DNA of 43,967 bases, the filler included, from an uncultured virus (IMG/VR IMGVR_UViG_2061766007_001416) (taxonomy: Duplodnaviria; Heunggongvirae; Uroviricota; Caudoviricetes). It is 3 parts of one record of this genome, joined end to end, with 100 filler letters (N's around TTAATTAATTAA, not from the genome) between each part and the next. Parts side by side here need not be neighbours in the genome. Positions count along the whole stretch, not along the records: positions 1 to 19,131 come from IMGVR_UViG_2061766007_001416; 2 more parts are not named here. One strand, written 5' to 3'. This document shows positions 1 to 8,570 of this stretch, in pieces; position 1 is the stretch's first letter; each line of letters begins with the position of its first letter. Both the position numbers and the translations under genes were made by a program. The notes beneath the pieces are model-generated. The model did not search any database. It worked only from the letters and a program-made list of their open reading frames with translations, and had not been told where the DNA came from.

Positions 1-51
1 TTTGAATACACATTTGAGCGTGATATTTCGAGATTTATCAAATACGAATAG
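1..51 (+). CDS. 3' end of terminase large subunit (partial)
   Basis: Reads FEYTFERDISRFIKYE* directly upstream of the portal gene; positional and motif inference only. Confidence 0.5.
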   Translation, partial: FEYTFERDISRFIKYE

Positions 52-53
52 AG

Positions 54-1409
54 GTGAGATTTTTGAACTATTCGATGTTATACGGCGAGATTATTAAAAT
101 TTTAAATAAAGACAGTCCTCACCAGTACGGCTATAACAGCGAAATGGCGGCTAATATTGAGCTGTGGAGCAGAATGTACGAGAATAAATCTCCGTGGCTA
201 AGTAAGACTGTTGCAAGTGCAAATTTGCCCGTACAGATTGCTTATGAAACGGCTAAACTTGTCACTCTCGAATTAAAAAGCGAAATTAAAGGCGGTGCAG
301 NNNNNNNNNNNTATACCAGCGTGACGTCCTTACAAAGCTTCGTAAATTTACAGAATACGGGCTTGCAAAGGGCAGCTTGATTATTAAACCGATAGCCGAT
401 GAAAACGGCATAAGAACGCAGTTTATTCAGGCGGACTGCTTTTACCCGATAAGCTTTGACGGGAGCGGAAATCTCATAAAATGCGTACTTGCCGATCAGA
501 TAAGAAAAGGCAGGAGCATTTACACTCTGCTTGAAATACACACATTGAACGGTATGACATACACCATTGAGAACAGACTTTTCAAAAGTGAAAACGACAG
601 TCTTCTTGGCAGCGAAACAAGCNNNNNNNNNNNNNNNNNNNNNNNNNNNNNGCAGACAGCGTCTTTTGCAAATGTCAAAAAAATACCTCTCGGATTTTTC
701 CGCTGTCCTATGGCGAATCAGATCGACAGTAAATCTCCGCTTGGAGTTTCGGTGTATTCAAGGGCGGTCGATCTGATAAAAGAAGCAGACAAGCGTTACA
801 GTAACATTTGCTGGGAATACGAAGCGACAGAAACGGCGGTACACGTTGCGGAAAGTCTGCTTGAATACGACAAGGAAAATGACCGCTTTAATTATCCGGG
901 CGGCAAAGACAGGCTCTATAGAAAAGTGCAGNNNNNNNNNNNNNNNNNNNTTGATAGATGTTTTCTCACCTCAGATACGTTCGACAGAGCTGTTTGACGG
1001 TTGGAATAATCAGCTTAGAATGATTGAGTTTGCGTGTTCGCTTGCATATTCTACGCTGTCAAATCCTCAGAATGTGGATAAAACGGCAGAGGAAATAAAG
1101 TCTTCAAAACAGCGTTCCTACACGTTTATAGCCGATACTCAAAGCAGCTTGCAGACAGCTCTTGAAGAGTGGGTGGACGCTGCATGGTTTTGGTCGCAGA
1201 TATATAGTTTAGTGCCGAACAGCAGTTACAAAACAGATTTTGACTGGGGTGACAGCATTATTTCGGATCCGGACGAAAAGCGTAAGCAGGATATTCAAGA
1301 CTTAAATCTCGGTATTATGCGTCCGGAGGAGTACCGTGCAAAATGGTACAACGAGGATATCAACACAGCATTACAGAATCTTCCGCAGTCTGCCGAGGTG
1401 ATTGAATAA
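54..1409 (+). CDS. Phage portal protein, A118/Gp6-like (gapped; ORF pieces 54-380, 377-997, 846-1409)
   Basis: Motifs SPLGVSVYSRA, IEFACSLAYSTLS, KTAEEIKSSKQRSY, FDWGDSII, EYRAKWY; frame breaks coincide with N gaps. Confidence 0.85.
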
Positions 1410-1892
1410 TGTTTAAGCCGGGCGAAATTGAGGGTATACCTCTTGGCATTGAGCGTCAGTTTTCAGATCTTGAAACACGTATCATGGAAGATATCATCAG
1501 ACGGCTTAAAGAAAACGGCGGCGATATCACAAGGGCGGCTGATTGGCAGATACACAGGCTTCATGAGCTTGGAATGTCGAAAAAAGAGATCAAAGATTAC
1601 ATCCGTGACAGCTTAGAAATGAGCGNNNNNNNNNNTTATCCGTGACAGCTTAGAAATGAGCGACAGACAGATTGACGAAATTTATGCAAAGACTATCCGA
1701 GCCGGATATTACCGTGACGGCAGCATATACAAGCTAAAGGGTAAAGATCAGATACCCTACAAAGAGAATACAGGCTTACAGCAGCTTATAGGAGCTGTCA
1801 CTTTACAGACAAACGGCGAGCTTAAAAATATAACTCGGACAATGGGATTTGCTAAACGTGAAAACGGACAATTACGATTTACGCAGCTTTCC
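1409..1892 (+). CDS. Minor capsid protein 2 (MuF-related, Phage_min_cap2-like), N-terminal fragments
   Basis: LETRIMEDIIRRL...ADWQI motif immediately after the portal; ELKNITRTMGF. Confidence 0.8.
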
Positions 1893-1903
1893 NNNNNNNN
1901 NNC

Positions 1904-2086
1904 CAGGTTCAAATAAACACAATTCTAAGCCTTGCAAATGTTCTTGATGATGAAACAATAGTGCAGTCAATCTGCGATATTCTCGACATAAGCTATGAGG
2001 ATATCAAAGGGAAAATTACAATTGATGAAGAAAAAAACACTGCACAAGCGATTACACAGCTAAAGAGGACGGATGTAAATGAATGA
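1904..2086 (+). CDS. C-terminal fragment of a second (SPP1-like) portal protein
   Basis: Hand translation QVQINTILSLANVLDDETIVQSICDILDISYEDIKGK...VNE*, overlapping the start of the gp7/MuF gene. Confidence 0.6.
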   Translation, partial: QVQINTILSLANVLDDETIVQSICDILDISYEDIKGKITIDEEKNTAQAITQLKRTDVNE

Positions 2087-3020
2087 CCGTCAAAGAGAAG
2101 TACAGCTGTCCATGCTTCAAGATGAGCAGGAATATATAAGAATTCTGAAAGAAACATTCAGGCAGGCTTCACAGGATTGTGAAAATAAAATTCGTGAATT
2201 ATCCGCAAGGACGGATTTGGAGAATATTCAGTCAATTGTTTATCAGCAGCAGTATCAAATGACGATAAAAAAGCAGATAGATGAAGCTTTGATGAACTTG
2301 CAAAACAATGAATATTCAAGCATGAATGACTATCTTGAAAACTGTTATACAAACAGTTTTACCGGAACACTGTACGACCTGCATGGTCAGGGAGTGCCTG
2401 TTTTATTTCCGATTGACCAAAGCCAAGTCGCAAAGGCGGTGCAGCTTGACTCGGCGATATCCGTGGGGCTTTACACAAGGCTTGGCGAGGATGTTTTAAA
2501 GCTTAAAGACAATATCCGCTCACAAGTTTCAAGAGGTATTGCAAGCGGTTCAACATGGAATCAGACAGCGACAGAAATAGCAATGGGTATGAAAAGTCCG
2601 TTTAACAAGGCTTACAACAACGCTGTCAGGATTGCAAGGACAGAGGGACACAGGATACAAAATCAGGCTCAAACTGATACGCTGAAAAAAGCTAAATCCA
2701 AAGGAGCAGATGTTGTAAAACAATGGGATTCAACGCTCGATGACGTTACAAGAGATACGCACAAACAGCTTGACGGACAAATCAGAGAAATAGACCAGCC
2801 TTTCGAAGTGAATGGAAAGACAGCAATGCAGCCGGGGGGATTTGGTGACCCTGCGGAGGATTGNNNNNNNNNNACACAGGATACAAAATCAGGCTCAGAC
2901 AGATACTTTGAACAAAGCCAAATCAAAAGGAGCGGACGTTGTAAAGCAGTGGGATTCAACGCTTGATGACGTTACAAGAGATACGCACAAACAGCTTGAC
3001 GGACAGATCAGGGAGATAGA
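2079..3020 (+). CDS. Phage head morphogenesis protein MuF/SPP1 gp7 family (partial, with a duplicated allele fragment at 2874-3020)
   Basis: RIARTEGHR, KQWDSTLDDVTRDTHKQLDGQ, PGGFGDPAED. Confidence 0.9.
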
Positions 3021-3030
3021 NNNNNNNNNN

Positions 3031-3365
3031 CGGGGCAATGCTTGACATAACATCGGGTGCTTTTGATTACAATACGGTGCTTAAAAGGACCGTCCGGGAG
3101 CTTACAAACAGCGGACTGCGTACAGTAGACTATGCAAGCGGAAAGAGCCTGAGAGTTGAATCTGCGGCACGAATGGCGGTAATGACCGGAGTATCTCAGG
3201 TAACGGCTAAGATAAACGAGCAGAACGCAAAGGAGCTTGACACGGACTATTTTGAGGTTACGTGTCACGGCGGTGCAAGACCAACTCATCAAGAATGGCA
3301 GGGTAAAGTGTACAGCAAAAAGGAACTTGAAACTGTCTGCGGTTTGGGCGCTGCGGACGGCTTAT
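3031..3365 (+). CDS. Minor capsid protein 2, central fragment
   Basis: VDYASG, AARMAVMTGVSQ, HGGARPTHQEWQGKVY. Confidence 0.85.
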
Positions 3366-3384
3366 NNNNNNNNNNNNNNNNNNT

Positions 3385-4308
3385 GGAATTTCTGAAAGAG
3401 CATACACTGATGACGAACTTGAAAAGCTGAAAATTGAAGAGAATACTCCGAGAGAATTCGGTGGTAAGCAGTATACGAAATATCAGGCTACGCAAAGACA
3501 GAGAGCCTTAGAACGGACAATGCGAGCCCAGCGGCAGGAGATAAGCTTACTGCAAGCAGGCGGTGCAAGTGAAGAAGATTTAATGATTGCAAGAGGCAGA
3601 TATCGGGTTACTTCGGCTGAATATACAAGGTTCTCAAAAGCGATGGATTTACCCCAGCAAAGAGAGAGAGTAATGGTTGACGGACTGGGGACTATTGGAA
3701 ATGGGAAATATAAAATTCCTGAAAATGGTGTTGCAAATTCGGGGAATAGTGGTATAATAAAAGAGAAGAGCAATAAGGCTATAACCCCCATTACAGATAA
3801 AGCTATCGAACGAGTTCCAAATGTTAGCATATCAGGATATACTGTGGAACAGTCTTCTATTATTCAGAAACAGCATAAAGAGCTTTTAGATTATTCTCGT
3901 AAAAATAATAATAATAAAGAGGTCGCTTTTGTGATTAATGGAAGCCTTGAAAGTGATAGCAGAAAAATATTCAAAGGTTCAGACGATCAACTGAGTTTTG
4001 GTTCTGCTTTGAGAGGAAAAGATCTTATAGTTATGCATAATCACCCACGAAACAGTAGCTTTTCCTTAACCGATATTGTGTTTTTTGGGAAAAGTGACCA
4101 AATAAAAACATTAACTATTGTAAAGAACAACGGCAATGTGGAGTATATTACAAAAGGTTCAAATTTTGATATGTACAAATTTAAGATTGAATATGACAGA
4201 CTTTATAAAAAGACTGTAAAAAATGGTACAGATGCCGAGATAGATAAATTTATTCAGAAGTTATTAAGCAACAATAAGTCAGGAGTGATTTGGAGTGAAA
4301 AAAAATAA
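3385..4308 (+). CDS. Minor capsid protein 2, C-terminal part with JAB/MPN-like toxin extension
   Basis: Frame is open from the gap (YQATQRQRALERTMR); after NSGII comes a domain with KEVAF...HNHPRNSSFSLTD (E...HxH...SxxD). Confidence 0.8.
   Translation, partial: GISERAYTDDELEKLKIEENTPREFGGKQYTKYQATQRQRALERTMRAQRQEISLLQAGGASEEDLMIARGRYRVTSAEYTRFSKAMDLPQQRERVMVDGLGTIGNGKYKIPENGVANSGNSGIIKEKSNKAITPITDKAIERVPNVSISGYTVEQSSIIQKQHKELLDYSRKNNNNKEVAFVINGSLESDSRKIFKGSDDQLSFGSALRGKDLIVMHNHPRNSSFSLTDIVFFGKSDQIKTLTIVKNNGNVEYITKGSNFDMYKFKIEYDRLYKKTVKNGTDAEIDKFIQKLLSNNKSGVIWSEKK
3731..3758 (+). promoter_or_regulatory. Intragenic sigma-A-like promoter at the carrier/toxin junction
   Basis: TTGCAA-16 nt-TATAAT with extended -10 (TGG TATAAT). 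Confidence 0.6.
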
Positions 4309-4438
4309 CGAATTAAATTTTTTAGATGGTTCTTTAGAAGAACAAAAAGAAGCTGTCGAAAAATTTTTAAGCACTCTTACGGACGAAGAACATGAAAGAG
4401 CTATGTCAGACGAGTTTGCATATCTTGACGAAGAATAA
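4295..4438 (+). CDS. 47-aa acidic protein, candidate immunity protein (not in the ORF track)
   Basis: GTG start with AGGAGTGA RBS at 4281, overlapping the toxin stop; MKKNNELNFLDGSLEEQKEAVEKFLSTLTDEEHERAMSDEFAYLDEE*. Confidence 0.65.
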   Translation: MKKNNELNFLDGSLEEQKEAVEKFLSTLTDEEHERAMSDEFAYLDEE

Positions 4439-4464
4439 ACTAACCGCCCTCATCNNNNNNNNNN

Positions 4465-4886
4465 TTTCTAAGAATGGTGGTATAATTGATACAAATAGAG
4501 GTATGTATAGAAATAGTTCAAATAAAGGAGCTTTTTCACATCTTCCTGAAAAAATGAGTAAAAAACATATTCGTGAAATTGCGAAAGAATATGGTATTAG
4601 TTTAGCAGGTATGTCTATCAACATAGATAAAAACGAAGAACTTTTGAATTTGTTTTTTGCAGGCAGAGCTGACCCCGAATCTGTAGGCGGTATAACATTT
4701 TTCCCGAACGCTTTTAAAAGCAAAGAAGAATTATTAAGAACATTATATCACGAGAGATTACACGTTTTACAATTCAAAGAGTATGGTGTGGATTTTGTAC
4801 AAAACAATAGAAGATACTTTGAAGATATAACTGAACAAGCAGAAGAGCAGTTCATTGAGAACTTGAAGAAAGAAGGGTTATTATGA
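4465..4886 (+). CDS. MuF C-terminal toxin tip, HExxH metallopeptidase-like (5' partial)
   Basis: Starts at KNGGII junction motif after a gap; LLRTLYHERLHVLQ and downstream FE. Confidence 0.7.
4478..4486 (+). promoter_or_regulatory. Extended -10 box at the junction (-35 lost in gap)
   Basis: TGGTATAAT; 19 nt identical to 7799-7817. Confidence 0.5.
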
Positions 4887-5065
4887 GTGATTGGACGAAA
4901 AACCTTATATCTTATATGAATAATGGCAGCGTTGGGATATGCCCTTATTGTTCAAGTGAAAAAGTTGAAGTTGAAAATATAGGAAAAATACGACAATCCC
5001 TTATTTTTAAATGCTTGAATTGTAATAAATCTGAGCATTTTGACGGACTGAGAATAGAAAAATGA
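4883..5065 (+). CDS. 60-aa zinc-ribbon protein, candidate immunity protein
   Basis: ATGA overlap with the toxin stop; CPYC...CLNC. Confidence 0.7.
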   Translation: MSDWTKNLISYMNNGSVGICPYCSSEKVEVENIGKIRQSLIFKCLNCNKSEHFDGLRIEK

Positions 5066-5071
5066 TATTTT

Positions 5072-5102
5072 TACCGCCCTCACACGAGAGCGGTATTCTT
5101 TT
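5072..5102 (+). terminator. ACCGC hairpin, intrinsic terminator-like
   Basis: TACCGC-C-CTC-acac-GAG-A-GCGGTA followed by TTCTTTT. Confidence 0.7.
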
Positions 5103-5122
5103 ACAATTTTGGAGGTGATTAA

Positions 5123-5887
5123 TTGATAGATTTAAAACAAGGCGATTGCCTTGAATTGATGAAAAATATTCCTGATAATTCAATTGATATGATTTTATGT
5201 GATTTGCCGTATGGAATTACGCAAAATAAGTGGGATACCGTCATACCGTTTGATGCGTTATGGGAAAGATATAGCCGCATAATAAAAGATAACGGTGCGA
5301 TAGTGTTGTTCGGGCAAGGATTGTTCTCCTCAGAATTGGCTTGCTCTAATAAGCAGATGTTTCGTTACCGGCTTGTGTGGGAAAAGACAAAGGCTGGAGG
5401 GTTTCTCAATGCAAGACGAATGCCACTACAAGCACACGAAGACATAATTGTGTTTTATAAAAGACTCCCAATATATAATCCTCAAATGAAAGAGGGGAAG
5501 CCGTATATTAATAAGTTTGTTACTAACGGCGACGGAAGGTGTTATGGGGAATTTGATAGAGTGGGAAGGGTAAACGAAAACAAAGGAACAAGATTTCCAA
5601 GAAGTGTAATTAAATTTTCAAATGACAATCATAACTCTCTGCACCCGACTCAAAAGCCCGTTGACTTATTGGAATATCTGATAAAAACATACACAAACGA
5701 AGGTGATTTGGTTCTTGACAATTGCATGGGGAGTGGCTCAACAGGTGTTGCTTGCGTAAATACAAATCGTAATTTCATAGGTTTTGAACTTAACGAACAT
5801 TATTTTGAGATTGCAAAAAAGAGAATAGAAGAAGCACAAACCGCCCTGAGCAGTCAAGGCGGTATTTCTATACCCGAAAAGAAGTGA
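5123..5887 (+). CDS. Orphan N6-adenine/N4-cytosine DNA methyltransferase (beta class)
   Basis: GDCLELM, DLPY catalytic motif, HPTQKPVDLLEYLIKTYT, LDNCMGSGSTG; GGAGGTG RBS. Confidence 0.92.
   Translation: MIDLKQGDCLELMKNIPDNSIDMILCDLPYGITQNKWDTVIPFDALWERYSRIIKDNGAIVLFGQGLFSSELACSNKQMFRYRLVWEKTKAGGFLNARRMPLQAHEDIIVFYKRLPIYNPQMKEGKPYINKFVTNGDGRCYGEFDRVGRVNENKGTRFPRSVIKFSNDNHNSLHPTQKPVDLLEYLIKTYTNEGDLVLDNCMGSGSTGVACVNTNRNFIGFELNEHYFEIAKKRIEEAQTALSSQGGISIPEKK
5840..5879 (+). repeat. ACCGCC hairpin repeat inside the MTase 3' end
   Basis: ACCGCC-C-TGA-gcag-TCA-A-GGCGGT ATTTCTATACCCGAAA. Confidence 0.75.
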
Positions 5888-5893
5888 TATCTA

Positions 5894-6081
5894 TTGATTT
5901 GCCCTTACAATCTCCACTGTGAAACACAAATTCAGCATTGGCAGCAAAACCCCGATGATGACCAAGTTCTCACGGATGGAGCAACAGTAACAAGAACGTT
6001 TTATAAGTACATGGAATGCAAGCAAAACGAATGCGGAGCGTTCTATAACGGAATATGTCACTATTCAAATAAAGACGATTA
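5894..6081 (+). CDS. Small Cys-rich conserved phage protein (further alleles at 6891-7022 and 9019-9173)
   Basis: MICPY...MECKQNECGAFYNGICHY; three near-identical copies. Confidence 0.7.
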
Positions 6082-6091
6082 NNNNNNNNNN

Positions 6092-6884
6092 TAAAGAAAA
6101 ACTTGAAGATTATGACGGATTTGTAGAAAAATTCAAACCTAAGAAAACAACAGACGATTGTTATACTCCTGAAATTGTCTACAATGCTATTGCTGATTGG
6201 GTGGCGAATGAGTACAATTTAAATAAATCCGATTTTTGCCGTCCGTTTTATCCGGGTGGCGATTATGAACATTTTGAATATGACAACAAAATTGTTGTAG
6301 ATAATCCTCCGTTTTCCATACTTGCTCAAATAATCAAGCTTTATACTGGTAAAAAAATTAAATTCTTTTTGTTTGCTCCTACTTTAACACTTTGCCGATA
6401 CGGTGATTATTGCACAGTGCTCCCTGTTGGTGCTGATATAACGTATGAGAATCGTGCTGTAGTCAATACTTCGTTTGCAACCAATCTTGAACCAAATGAA
6501 ATAAGAGCGAGAACAACACCAACTTTATACAAAGTTGTAGATGAAGCTAACAAAATAAACAAACAGAAAGATAAAAAGAGTTTACCGAAGTATAGCTATC
6601 CAATGGAGCTTGTAACAACTGCGGCAATTTATCCTTTTGCGAAATACGGGATTGATTTTGTTATTCCTCGTTCTGAAAGTGTCAGAGTATCAGCTTTAGA
6701 TGTACAACGTCCTCATAAAAAAGTCGTGTTTGGTTGTGGTTGGCTTGTATCAGAACGAGTAAAAGCCGAACGAGAGAAAGCCGAACGAGAGAAAGCGGTA
6801 CGCTGGGAACTCAGCGAAAGAGAAAAAGAAATTAAAACCGCCCTGAGCAATCAAGGCGGTATTTCTATACCCGAAAAGAAGTGA
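6092..6884 (+). CDS. Phage adenine-methyltransferase-like protein (5' partial)
   Basis: Frame is open from the gap: KKTTDDCYTPEIVY...RPFYPGGDY...VVDNPPFS; ends TALSNQGGISIPEKK. Confidence 0.65.
6837..6876 (+). repeat. ACCGCC hairpin repeat
   Basis: ACCGCC-C-TGA-gcaa-TCA-A-GGCGGT ATTTCTATACCCGAAA. Confidence 0.75.
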
Positions 6885-7032
6885 TATCTATTGATTTGCC
6901 CCTACAATCTCCGCAGTGAAACACAAATTCAGCATTGGCAGCAGAACCCCGATGATAATCAAACTCTGACGGACGGAGCAACAGTCACAAGAACGTTTTA
7001 TAAGTACATGGAATGCAAGCAGNNNNNNNNNN

Positions 7033-7236
7033 AAAGCTAAACAGGGTTTATGCAATTGACGAAAAAGGTAACGGTGGAGCTAATCACAGATATGAGATTG
7101 ATTGCCCGCTCGGAGAAACAAACGGTTTTCCGCAGAGTGATGTTACAATCATTCAATTTCAAAACGGTGCAAGAAAGCTTTCTGAAAATGTTCACGGTGT
7201 ACTCGATACAGATTTACTTGAAATCGTTCGTGACCG
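7033..7236 (+). CDS. tad1: Thoeris anti-defence 1 (Tad1) family sponge protein, internal fragment
   Basis: KLNRVYAIDEKGNGGANHRYEI...IQFQNGARK...HGVLDTDLLEIVRD matches the Tad1 pattern (KLN, GGAxHxY, FQxGARK, HGVxDxDLLEIVRDR) as recalled. Confidence 0.85.
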
Positions 7237-7246
7237 NNNNNNNNNN

Positions 7247-7672
7247 TGCAACGGAAATTGCAATGGGAATGAGAAGTCCGTTTAACAAAGCGTATAATAA
7301 CGCTGTCAGGATTGCAAGAACCGAGGGGCACAGGATACAAAATCAGGCTCAGGCAGATACTTTAAACAAGGCTAAATCCAAAGGAGCAGACGTTGTAAAG
7401 CAGTGGGACTCAACACTTGATGATGTTACAAGAGATACGCACAAACAGCTTGACGGACAGATCAGGGAGATAGACGAACCGTTTGAAGTGAACGGCAAAA
7501 CAGCAATGCAGCCGGGGGGATTTGGTGACCCTGCGGAGGATTGTAATTGTAGGTGCTGTATGCTGCAAAGAGCAAAGTGGGCATTAGATGAATCGGAGCT
7601 GAGGGAACTGCAAGAAAGAGCAGAATACTTCGGACTTGATAAAGCAGAAAGTTTTGAGGATTTTAAAAATAA
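7247..7672 (+). CDS. MuF/gp7 second allele, fragment
   Basis: Near-identical to 2568-2863 and continues PAEDCNCRC. Confidence 0.9.
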
Positions 7673-7682
7673 NNNNNNNNNN

Positions 7683-8262
7683 TGCAAAGTGGGCATTAGA
7701 TGAATCGGAGCTTAAAGAGCTTGAAAGCAGGGCGGAATACTTCGGACTGGATAAGGCGGAAAGTTTTGAGGATTTTAAAAATAAATACTTGAATGCTGCT
7801 AAGAATGGTGGTATAATAAATTCAGGCGGTAAAATTACAGATACTAATTTTATGCATATAGAAAAATTTGAACGACAAGCAGAGCAATTTTATAATGCTA
7901 GAGTTCGCAATGGCGATAATGATGTTAAATCAATTTCAGAAAACACCGGATTTAGCTATGATGATGTTTTAGCAATAAAAAATCATGTAATGGTTGATAA
8001 GCATTTATTTAGTGATGGCTCAGTAAGAAAATTTGACCCCAATATTGACCAAGCACTTGCATGGCAAAGATTAATGGAAAATAATTTTAAAAATTCTGAT
8101 ATTCTTCTGCTTAATCACGAACTTCGAGAATTGAGATATATGCAGAGTACTGGGTGTGATTATGAAACCGCTCATAGATATGCAACACAAAAGTATGATT
8201 GGCAATCTGTTATAGATTCGATTATTGACAAAGATAATATTAATCCCGATTTACTTAAATAA
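7683..8262 (+). CDS. MuF C-terminal part with toxin-like tip (HExxE...AH)
   Basis: Overlaps the MuF allele (AKWALDESEL, YFGLDKAESFEDFK), then KNGGII, then IKNH, FDP, AWQRL, LLNHELRE, YETAH. Confidence 0.75.
7789..7817 (+). promoter_or_regulatory. Intragenic sigma-A-like promoter at the carrier/toxin junction
   Basis: TTGAAT-17 nt-TATAAT with extended -10 TG. Confidence 0.7.
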
Positions 8263-8277
8263 GTGGAGGTGGGAACT

Positions 8278-8523
8278 ATGATGACATATATTCGTTTTTT
8301 AAAACTTGAAAATGGCTTTATAACTTATGAATATGGCAGAAATAAAGATGAAATGATAGGCACTGTAACAGTGGAAATAGCGAATAAGGAAAATTGCAAC
8401 TTTGAATTTTATAAAACATCTAAATTTCAGAGTTTCAATACATCTACTTCTCACACTATTTCTTTGATATATCGCTTCATAAAATCTAATGATTATCCAA
8501 AAGAATATGTTTATGCTTGCTAA
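8278..8523 (+). CDS. Small protein, candidate immunity protein
   Basis: GGAGGTG RBS at 8265, ATG at 8278; directly after the toxin tip and before the hairpin. Confidence 0.7.
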   Translation: MMTYIRFLKLENGFITYEYGRNKDEMIGTVTVEIANKENCNFEFYKTSKFQSFNTSTSHTISLIYRFIKSNDYPKEYVYAC

Positions 8524-8532
8524 TAAAAACTA

Positions 8533-8570
8533 ACCGCCCTCACCCGAGAGCGGTATTCTTTTACCCGAAA
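8533..8570 (+). terminator. ACCGC hairpin, intrinsic terminator-like
   Basis: ACCGC-C-CTC-accc-GAG-A-GCGGT ATTCTTTTACCCGAAA. Confidence 0.7.

Noticed and set aside
4392..4464. N-terminus of ORF 4392-4886 as called in the track
   Set aside because: It spans a gap and overlaps the better-supported 4295-4438 ORF; the true frame begins upstream in a MuF gene.
5123..6884. Complete restriction-modification system
   Set aside because: No recognisable restriction endonuclease is adjacent; the MTases appear to be orphans.
4443..8570. CRISPR array or true integron formed by the hairpin repeats
   Set aside because: Spacing is gene-sized and irregular, there is no cas or integron integrase gene, and the repeats lack attC-type ends.
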